Shown here: positions 56,684 through 64,000 of the stretch, in pieces
How the letters are laid out: each line of letters opens with the position of its first letter
Position numbering within the stretch: position 1 is the first letter of the stretch
Assembly: GCA_964608095.1 (NCBI GenBank)
Contig: CAZSMK010000011.1
Coordinates: 18,209 to 82,208, forward strand
Origin: an uncultured Candidatus Sumerlaeota bacterium
GTDB taxonomy: Bacteria; Sumerlaeota; Sumerlaeia; MWCT01; JAGHBZ01
Reading direction: 5' to 3'
DNA: 64,000 nucleotides
Made by a program: the position numbers and the translations under genes
The notes under the pieces: generated by a model
Seen by the model: only the letters and a program-made list of their open reading frames with translations
Database searches by the model: none
What the model was told of the DNA's origin: nothing

Positions 56684-57811
56684 TTGCTCGTGCCTGAAAA
56701 AATGAACGCGGAATCCACGAATAGAAGAAACGACACCATCGCGTTTTTTGTTACACCCCATGGGTACGGACATGCAGCGCGTGCGTGTGCCGTAATGGAG
56801 TCCCTTCGCATGCGCGATGAAACCGTCCGCTTTGAAATCTTTTCTCGAGTTCCACAGTGGTTTTTTCTCGATTCCATCTCCGGCGAATTAGGCTACCACG
56901 AAACCCTCACGGATATCGGTTTGGTGCAGCGTACACCATTGCACGAAGACATTCCCGCCACACTCGAGCGGCTCGTTTCTTTTATGCCTTTCCAACCCGA
57001 CGTGGTTAAAAGCCTTGCTCAAACACTACATCAAATGAAAACCAGCCTCGTGGTCTGCGACATCTCACCGCTCGGTATTGTGGTGGCGCAAGAAGCCGGG
57101 ATTCCTTCTGTCCTCATCGAAAATTTCACCTGGGATTGGATCTATCGAGGATACCTTGACACCGAGCCCCGCTTGCGACTTTTCGCGGAATTCCTTACAG
57201 AAATCTACACGTCCGCAGTGTACCATATCGCCACAGAGCCTGTCTGCAACCGTTTCCAAGCCGATGTAATCACGCCGCCTGTCAGCCGTTCGCCTCGCAC
57301 ATCATCAAAGAAAGTTCGTGAACAACTCAATATTCCGGCTCAGGCAAAAATGATACTCATAACCATGGGCGGCGTGCCTTCAAACCATGATTTCACCCAG
57401 CACCTCCGCAAACGAGACGACGTTTTCTTCGTAATACCGGGTGGCGCTCAACGCAGAAAAAAAACACGCAACGTCCTCCTTCTACCCAACCATTCGGAAT
57501 TTTATCACCCTGACCTTGTCAACGCATCCGACTGTGTGATTTCCAAACTCGGCTACAGCACCCTTACCGAGACTTACCACGCAGGCGTCCCATTCGGCTA
57601 TATCATGCGTAGCAAGTTTCGCGAGGCGAAATGCCTTAAAAAATTCATCGAAGCAGAGATGCAAGGCATACAAATCGAAGAAACTGCTTTCTACAATGGC
57701 GAATGGATGGACGAGCTGGACGAACTAATATCCATGCCGCGCATCTCGCCACACGAACCCAACGGCGCCACCCCAACCGCCGCCTTCCTCTTGAGTCTTC
57801 TTAAAATCTAA
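56684..57811 (+). CDS. GT-B fold protein resembling the glycosyltransferase-like N-terminal domain of L-arabinokinases
   Basis: FFVTPHGYGHAAR, VVCDISP, NFTWDWIY, HPDLVNASDCVISKLGYST. Confidence 0.65.
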   Translation: MLVPEKMNAESTNRRNDTIAFFVTPHGYGHAARACAVMESLRMRDETVRFEIFSRVPQWFFLDSISGELGYHETLTDIGLVQRTPLHEDIPATLERLVSFMPFQPDVVKSLAQTLHQMKTSLVVCDISPLGIVVAQEAGIPSVLIENFTWDWIYRGYLDTEPRLRLFAEFLTEIYTSAVYHIATEPVCNRFQADVITPPVSRSPRTSSKKVREQLNIPAQAKMILITMGGVPSNHDFTQHLRKRDDVFFVIPGGAQRRKKTRNVLLLPNHSEFYHPDLVNASDCVISKLGYSTLTETYHAGVPFGYIMRSKFREAKCLKKFIEAEMQGIQIEETAFYNGEWMDELDELISMPRISPHEPNGATPTAAFLLSLLKI

Positions 57812-57971
57812 CTCGGAAAAATCTTACCATTCTGAAAATTTAGATATAATTGTCGCACTTCTGCACTGTTTTTCTGACTTACTTTCAAAAAAAACATTGA
57901 TAATTAGCGTTCGGCAAAATAAGAAAGAATTGATATTTTCATAGGATTGAAGTTCGAAAGGAGAAGGGCGT

Positions 57972-59288
57972 ATGACTTATTTTAGCCCCGATGACCATAT
58001 AAAAGAACTGGGCCTCACGCTGGAAGACCTGGTCACAGAGGATGGGTGGGGCGAGCTCTGGCGGGGCGAAGATGAGAAACTCGGGATGGTGCTGATATGT
58101 GCCTTCACCACTGATGAAGGTAAACAAGCGTTTCGAGACACCTTACCGTCCTACAAAAAATGGCAATCCCTCGCCGCGACATACTGTTCCGGTCTTCTCA
58201 AGGTTCATCGAATCATCGATGAGGGCGAAATACCGATGCTCATCATGGAAAATCCGGGCGGCGAGACCGCACGCGAACATTTTATCGCCGGGTGGGAGGA
58301 TATAAAAGAGGGTGGACTTCTTGCCGTTGCATGTCTCGACGCAATTGCCCATGCCCGTAATAATGCACTCGCTCCCATCGGCATTACTCCAGATACCATT
58401 TTTAGAAATCCGGACGGCAAAGAATGTCCCTGGAAACTCCTGCCCGTGGTCCCGGAATCATCGGAGTATTTTCATCTGCTCCATGGCGGGCGCTACGTTC
58501 CGCCGGAACTCAAAGACACCCACCATCCGGAAGAACTCAACCCGGATACTTATTCCGTATATTGGATTTGGGCTGAAATCGTTGCGCAGGATACCACCAT
58601 TCCTCATGACCTCGAACGTCTCAAAGAGTTTATCCCCTACCATGTGCTCCATACGTTGTTGACTAATGGTCTTATTCCGCTGAAGGGGAGTTACTTCGAG
58701 GCGCGAGTAGCAGTGACGGCTATCCAGTATTGGCTGAAATACGACGCACGAGATGACCGTATCGACAGAAAGAAGAAGATAGAAGCCGAAAAACGCACTC
58801 CGGCTCAAGAAAAAATGTACAAGGCAAAAGAGAAAATCTGGGAACGAAGGAAAATAATAATCCAGGTAGCGGCGCTGCTCATTATAATTGGTGTTATTGG
58901 ACTTGCAGGAATTTCTATCAAGAACACGTTTAAGGCACAAAAGACACCGCAAACCGCTTATGGCCTGATCGCCCTTTACTTTGACGCGTTAATCGACCGC
59001 AACCTGGAAGAAGCCCTGAAGTATACACAAGGTGAGGGCAACATGGGTACAAATCTAATGTTCGAAAAGATCAAATGGATGGAAGAAAAGCATCTGGCAA
59101 GCAGATTTGCCCAAGCCGCGCCCGAGATTCGCGGCTCAGGAAGTCCAAGACTTATTCGCGTCGCTTTGAAAGGTGAAAACGGCGACCTGTTTATGCGAGC
59201 CGAGGTTACGGTCAAAAAGATGGACTCGGGTGAGTGGATCGTGGAAAAGGTATTCTTCGAACCGCTTCGGAAACTCGAAGAAGAATAG
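57972..59288 (+). CDS. Membrane-anchored Hanks-type pseudokinase with extracytoplasmic C-terminal domain
   Basis: Kinase scaffold DGWGELWRG / LLKVHRI..MLIME / GITPDTI / YVPPE / PDTYS, with VAIK, HRD and DFG absent. One TM helix near aa 295-315. Confidence 0.65.
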   Translation: MTYFSPDDHIKELGLTLEDLVTEDGWGELWRGEDEKLGMVLICAFTTDEGKQAFRDTLPSYKKWQSLAATYCSGLLKVHRIIDEGEIPMLIMENPGGETAREHFIAGWEDIKEGGLLAVACLDAIAHARNNALAPIGITPDTIFRNPDGKECPWKLLPVVPESSEYFHLLHGGRYVPPELKDTHHPEELNPDTYSVYWIWAEIVAQDTTIPHDLERLKEFIPYHVLHTLLTNGLIPLKGSYFEARVAVTAIQYWLKYDARDDRIDRKKKIEAEKRTPAQEKMYKAKEKIWERRKIIIQVAALLIIIGVIGLAGISIKNTFKAQKTPQTAYGLIALYFDALIDRNLEEALKYTQGEGNMGTNLMFEKIKWMEEKHLASRFAQAAPEIRGSGSPRLIRVALKGENGDLFMRAEVTVKKMDSGEWIVEKVFFEPLRKLEEE

Positions 59289-59342
59289 CATACACATGCA
59301 TCGTTTTCAGGTAACTTAATTCCATAAGGATATAATCGCGAT

Positions 59343-60290
59343 ATGAGACCTAAACCCACACTCCAGGATATTGAGGAAGCAGCGGAAAGAATACAGCCTT
59401 ACGCACACCGTACACCGGTTCTTACCTGTCATAGTTTGAACGAGATGACCGGTACGACCTTATTTTTCAAATGCGAAAATTTTCAGAAGGTTGGTGCGTT
59501 TAAATTCCGTGGCGCATGCAACACAGTGTTTCACCTAACACCCGAAGAGCTGCGTTACGGTGTGGCGACACACTCGTCCGGTAATCATGGGGCGGCGCTC
59601 GCTCTTGCTGCACGACTGCGCGGGGCACAGGCACATATAGTCATGCCACGAACCGCACCGGCGGTTAAGAGAGCCGCAGTCGAGAGTTACGGTGCACATA
59701 TTGTCACCTGCGAACCGACACTCGAATCACGCGAGGCAACACTTCAAGACCTGGTTAAACACACCGGCTCTGTTGTGGTTCATCCCTACAACGACCACCG
59801 CATTATGGCGGGACAGGGAACCGCGGCGCTTGAATTAGTTCAAGACGTACCCGACCTCGATGCGGTCATCTGTCCGGTTGGCGGCGGTGGCCTTATCAGC
59901 GGTACCGCTGTCGCGGTAAGCAATAGTTCTCCCTACACCTTAATTATCGGCGCGGAACCCACGGCCGCCGACGATGCGTACCGCTCGCTCCAGGAGGGGA
60001 AGATAGTTCCATCGCATAATCCGCAGACCATAGCCGATGGTCTTCGAACATCACTTGGCGACCTCACGTTTCCTGTTATAAAAATGCTTGTCCATGAAAT
60101 CGTCACCGTATCGGAAAAAGGAATAGTAGACGCCATGCGCCATGTATGGGAACGGATGAAAATAATCATCGAAGCCTCGTCAGCGGTTCCAGTTGCTGCC
60201 ATTTTCGAGCGCCCCGAGATGTTCAAATCACGTCGTGTAGGCATAATCATATCCGGCGGAAACGTCGATCTCGATAATCTCCCGTGGTAA
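59343..60290 (+). CDS. PLP-dependent threonine/serine dehydratase (serine racemase-like, no ACT domain)
   Basis: FKCENFQKVGAFKFRGA, SSGNHG, GQGT, GGGGLISG, TIADGL, ISGGNVD. Confidence 0.9.
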   Translation: MRPKPTLQDIEEAAERIQPYAHRTPVLTCHSLNEMTGTTLFFKCENFQKVGAFKFRGACNTVFHLTPEELRYGVATHSSGNHGAALALAARLRGAQAHIVMPRTAPAVKRAAVESYGAHIVTCEPTLESREATLQDLVKHTGSVVVHPYNDHRIMAGQGTAALELVQDVPDLDAVICPVGGGGLISGTAVAVSNSSPYTLIIGAEPTAADDAYRSLQEGKIVPSHNPQTIADGLRTSLGDLTFPVIKMLVHEIVTVSEKGIVDAMRHVWERMKIIIEASSAVPVAAIFERPEMFKSRRVGIIISGGNVDLDNLPW

Positions 60291-60371
60291 CATTATCACC
60301 GATCTTCTATTACATTGTTTCAAATAGCCCATAGCCTTTTTTTATTCAACGCAACGACATAGTACTATAGA

Positions 60372-60797
60372 ATGAATGATATGATTCAGTCTTGTTCAAT
60401 AAATATATTTCTCGCAGACTTACTCGTTATAGGGCACGCTCTTTATGTCGCATTTGTGGTATTGGGATTTATTATTACGTGGGTAGGATATCTTTTCGGC
60501 TGGAGTTTTGTTCATAATTTCTACTTCAGAATCGCTCACCTCATTGCCATCGGTATCGTTGTCTTACAAGCCCTTGTTGGTACCATCTGCCCTTTGACCG
60601 TCTGGGAAGATCGGTTGAGGCTTGCCGGAGGCGAGGGCGCCAGATATGAGGGATCATTTATTCAGCATTGGTTGCACAAGGTTTTATATTATGATATAAG
60701 TCTTGAGGTTTTCGCAGTTATTTATACAGCCTTCTTTTTACTCGTCATCGCCACATTTTTCATCATTAAAACCCATCGCCCGAAGAGAAAACAATGA
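60372..60797 (+). CDS. DUF2784-family membrane protein
   Basis: LADLLVIGH.LYVAFVVLG, RIAHL, CPLTVWE..LR..GG, FIQHW..Y. Confidence 0.8.
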   Translation: MNDMIQSCSINIFLADLLVIGHALYVAFVVLGFIITWVGYLFGWSFVHNFYFRIAHLIAIGIVVLQALVGTICPLTVWEDRLRLAGGEGARYEGSFIQHWLHKVLYYDISLEVFAVIYTAFFLLVIATFFIIKTHRPKRKQ

Positions 60798-61075
60798 CCA
60801 TACAGTCCCGCTTTTTATTGTCCATAAAAGTCCTCAAATCTTTAGCCTGTAAGGCTGAGAATGGCGGCATGTTTCCTTGACTGCTGTTCAGTCCTTAACA
60901 AGTGTTCATACCTTCACGTACCCTGAGTCTGGCTAAATCGCTGGTGCGACAATTTCATTAAAGTTTTTTTTCTATAATGAAGGGCAGAAAAATTACACAA
61001 TTTTCCTGATTGCATTTTGACTCTCCTGCGTTATCATTTTAATTTATATTCTTTTCAAACACAGGAGGCGTACCA

Positions 61076-62059
61076 ATGGAGTTAGATTTCAGCGTAAAAC
61101 TTCCCGCCACCATGGCGAAAGAAAAGGCGGTTCCGCTCGATACTACAAAGATATACGACGTAATCATCATTGGCGGAGGCGCCGCGGGACTTACCGCCGC
61201 CATTTATTGCCTTCGGAAAGGCGCCAAGACTGGTCTAATTGCAAAAAAAATCGGCGGTCAGATCCTTGAAACCAGCACGATCGAAAATTATATGGGCTAC
61301 ATGTATATTGAAGGAGCCGAGCTGGTGAAGAAATTCAGCGAGCAGGTGGAACAGTTCGAAATCGGAATCAATGAAGGGCTCAACGTTGTATCCTTAACCG
61401 CTGATCCTATAAAGCAGGTAAAAGCCGAAGACGGGAGTGTTTATCAAGCACGTGCAGTCATAGTTGCCACCGGTATGTCATATCGGCACCTTAACGTGCC
61501 CGGTGAAGAGGAACTCAAAGGCAAAGGAGTAGCCTATTGCGCTACCTGTGACGCACCTCTTTATGAGGATAAACGTGTCGCCGTTATAGGCGGAGGAAAT
61601 TCCGGTGTGGATGCCGCCATCGATCTCGCACGCATCGCAACACATGTGCATCTTATACAAGACCTTGAAGACCTTACCGCAGACAAAATCCTGATCAGTA
61701 AACTCGGCGAGTTCAACAATGTTGAAATCCTGTTTGGACACTTGGCGGACTCAATTAAGGGTACCAATAAAGTAGAATCCCTTGTGGTAAAGAACCGTTC
61801 TACCGGTGAGAAGAAAGAAATCCCGCTTGACGGTATATTCGTTGAAATCGGACTCAAACCGAACACCGCTTTTCTCAAGGGTTTGCTTGACCTGACCAAA
61901 ATGGGTGAAATCAAGGTTGATTATTCATGCCGGACGAACCGCGCAGGAATATTTGCAGCAGGGGATGTCAGCTCTGTTCCCTATAAACAAATCATCATCG
62001 CTGCAGGTGAAGGAGCTAAAGCGGGTCTTTCTGCATACGACTACGTGCTTAGAACCTGA
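61076..62059 (+). CDS. trxB: Thioredoxin-disulfide reductase-family flavoprotein
   Basis: IIGGGAAG, GKGVAYCATCD, VIGGGNSG, GIFAAGD, YKQIIIAAGEGA; GGAGG RBS. Confidence 0.82.
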   Translation: MELDFSVKLPATMAKEKAVPLDTTKIYDVIIIGGGAAGLTAAIYCLRKGAKTGLIAKKIGGQILETSTIENYMGYMYIEGAELVKKFSEQVEQFEIGINEGLNVVSLTADPIKQVKAEDGSVYQARAVIVATGMSYRHLNVPGEEELKGKGVAYCATCDAPLYEDKRVAVIGGGNSGVDAAIDLARIATHVHLIQDLEDLTADKILISKLGEFNNVEILFGHLADSIKGTNKVESLVVKNRSTGEKKEIPLDGIFVEIGLKPNTAFLKGLLDLTKMGEIKVDYSCRTNRAGIFAAGDVSSVPYKQIIIAAGEGAKAGLSAYDYVLRT

Positions 62060-62217
62060 AAAATATGAACCTCTCCTCACCCCTTCTCGCTCACGTGAAT
62101 AACTTCGTGCAATGACTTCGTGCAACCCGCCCTTGAAAGAGAACCATATCGGAATTGTGGTGTAGAAGGAGCGAAGTCTTTTTTGTATGTAGAGTCAGTC
62201 AAGTCTGCTTCCAGTAT

Positions 62218-64000
62218 TTAGAACATATCAAGCTGGATAGCATCGTTGGTAGATTTTTTGTGTGTGCGTGTCTTGCTCTGTTCTATCAGCGAACGTTCGA
62301 TTCTGTCAACAAACGGGCTTCGTTTAAAATGGAACTCCTTGCCGTGAAGAAACCGCTTGCGAGCATAGGTCAAGAAAAGCATCTCTTTGGCGCGCGTCAT
62401 ACCAACATAAAGCAGACGTCTTTCTTCGTTCAGGTCCGTTTCTGTACTTTTGAACAATCCATACGGAATAAGCCTGTCTTCGCATCCGGTAATAAACACA
62501 CACGGAAACTCGAGTCCCTTGGCTGCATGAAGCGTCATGAGAACAACACTCTCTGTTTCAGACACGTAGCCGTCCGCAGCAATACCGAGCATTGTATGCT
62601 CAAGAAACCGTTGAATATCATGACCGAATTCCTCAGCCATGGAGAGCAGTCTGCGAAACGATGGTTCGTATTCCATTTCTATTACAATAGGAACACGTTC
62701 TTTCACGCGAAGTATCATCTCCTTTACCGACGCACCCTTTACGAGCGTTTTCAAGGGCTCGACATCGCTACTTTTTTTCAAGATTCCATTGTGAATCAGG
62801 TGTGATACCAACCAGAGATTCCCTGGATTCGCCGCAAGATTTACAACGTCAATAATGCTCTTCACGGGTTCAGTCTTGAAGAAAGGAGTTTCGCCCACTA
62901 CCTGATACGGTATGCTATGGTCATGAAATGCCTTTTCGAGGGCGCCCATCTGTCGGCTTGTTCTAACAAGCACGGCAAAATCCGAAAGGCTCGAAATTAT
63001 TTCATTCTGCTCGCCCTCAGATATGTCACTATCCATCGAGAAGAAACGTAAACCGCCGATCATCTGTTCAATGGATCGCGCAACAAATTCCGCTTCGCTT
63101 TTATCGGTAGCGTTTTCGACGATCTTAATTTTTACGCCCGAGTTGAGTCCACGGATAATTTTGTCCGTTCCATCTTGAACCGACACGATCACGCCCTGAG
63201 AAGCGCGTAAAATATGGTCGGAACAACGGTAACTCCGTATAAGATGGAACACGGCGGCGCCTGGATAATCGTCGACAAATTGTTGTATGAATCTTACATT
63301 CGCGCCACGAAAGCCATAAATCGCCTGATTCGGGTCGCCGATCACGCAAAGGTTGGCGTCGCTGTCAGGCATAAGCAAGCGGATTAATTGATATTGGGCG
63401 AAGTTCACATCCTGGTACTCATCTACCATAATCCATCGAAACCGTTGCCTGTATAATTCACGTAGATCAGGATAGTCGCCAAAGAGGCGCACCAGCTGAT
63501 AGATCAGATCATCGAGGTCAAAAGCATTATGCGTGCGAAGATATGATTCATACTCGGTAAATGTGTGTTCAAAATCTTCGTCGGCATCTATTGGAAAGTC
63601 TTTTGCCTCAAAACCGCGCACACCATAGAGATGTTGCTTTGCTCTGGTGATAGATGCTGCGACTTTTCTCCCTTCGGCTGAAGGAACACCCATTTCGCGA
63701 AGCAATACCTTACGAGCCTCTTCGTCAATCAGGCTAAAACCCTCAGTGCGATGGCATCTCTCTAAATGTTGTTTAAGAATCTCAAGCCCAAGCCCATGGA
63801 AAGTAAATATATTAACCGCATTTACTAATGACGTATCTTCAATAATGGTGTTTATCCGGTTACGCATCTCCCGGGCGGCTTTGTTTGTAAAAGTTACCGC
63901 GAGTATAGAGGAGGGCTCAACTCTTTGTTCTCGTATGAGATACGCAACTCTGCAGGCAAGCGTCCGCGTCTTGCCTGAACCCGGTCCGGCGATAATGAGT
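62218..64000 (-). CDS. UvrD/PcrA-like SF1A helicase, 5' end outside the window; short 2B subdomain, ends in QLDMF
   Basis: The frame is open to the window edge: IIAGPGSGKT, TFTNKAA, VDEYQD, GDPNQAIYGFRGA, SYRC, LVRT, TLHAAKGLEF, EERRLLYVGMTRA. Confidence 0.92.
   Translation of the reverse strand, partial: LIIAGPGSGKTRTLACRVAYLIREQRVEPSSILAVTFTNKAAREMRNRINTIIEDTSLVNAVNIFTFHGLGLEILKQHLERCHRTEGFSLIDEEARKVLLREMGVPSAEGRKVAASITRAKQHLYGVRGFEAKDFPIDADEDFEHTFTEYESYLRTHNAFDLDDLIYQLVRLFGDYPDLRELYRQRFRWIMVDEYQDVNFAQYQLIRLLMPDSDANLCVIGDPNQAIYGFRGANVRFIQQFVDDYPGAAVFHLIRSYRCSDHILRASQGVIVSVQDGTDKIIRGLNSGVKIKIVENATDKSEAEFVARSIEQMIGGLRFFSMDSDISEGEQNEIISSLSDFAVLVRTSRQMGALEKAFHDHSIPYQVVGETPFFKTEPVKSIIDVVNLAANPGNLWLVSHLIHNGILKKSSDVEPLKTLVKGASVKEMILRVKERVPIVIEMEYEPSFRRLLSMAEEFGHDIQRFLEHTMLGIAADGYVSETESVVLMTLHAAKGLEFPCVFITGCEDRLIPYGLFKSTETDLNEERRLLYVGMTRAKEMLFLTYARKRFLHGKEFHFKRSPFVDRIERSLIEQSKTRTHKKSTNDAIQLDMF

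Noticed and set aside
57848-60954. 11-bp inverted match (AATTGTCGCAC) flanking the pseudokinase-dehydratase-DUF2784 block as element ends
   Set aside because: Too short, with no target-site duplication and no recombinase or transposase.
60842-60958. Minus-strand 39-codon mini-ORF with one in-frame TGA (possible selenoprotein), and a possible IS-end-like sequence near 60920
   Set aside because: No redox-motif context, no evident SECIS hairpin or RBS, and no transposase or matching terminal repeat in the window.
62102-62125. 11-bp direct repeat ACTTCGTGCAA x2 between trxB and the helicase
   Set aside because: Only two short copies between convergent 3' ends, with no evidence of function.
5830-63349. 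Numerous 60-216 aa antisense or out-of-frame ORFs in the track (e.g. 5830-6297, 7297-7869, 27852-28457, 29981-30229, 32576-32917, 55938-56429, 62155-62805)
   Set aside because: They largely overlap well-supported genes, lack RBS or motifs, and look like shadow ORFs.

Overview
64 kb of bacterial chromosome, densely coding (about 52 CDS). I found no rRNA, tRNA, CRISPR array, integrase or transposase. MlaE and pilin-like genes suggest a diderm. The style of the GspG-like pilin (PTAYLASIPIDPF...YDPTNG..SDGDL) recalls Candidatus Sumerlaeota/BRC1, but that is recollection and not a database result. Housekeeping genes (pruA, guaB-guaA, glycerate kinase, tsaD, cmk, rpsA, rluD, rfbD, trxB-like) are interleaved with cell-envelope and accessory genes: four large GT-C-like membrane proteins, a GT2/DUF2304 pair, two GT4-type enzymes, a flippase, three pilin-like proteins, a TgpA transglutaminase, a partial Opp transporter, a sugar-ABC locus with an unassigned TIM-barrel hydrolase, and three secreted proteins. 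The strongest observations are four. (1) A secreted amidase_3 + M23 fusion in which both catalytic domains have lost zinc or catalytic residues. (2) A membrane-anchored Hanks-type pseudokinase. (3) A truncated UvrD-like helicase ending in a beta-clamp-type motif (QLDMF). (4) A polyprenol-phosphate-sugar (GacI/J/L-like) glycosylation toolkit in the same region as leaderless pilin-like genes. All family calls come from motif reading by eye; no HMM or BLAST search was run.
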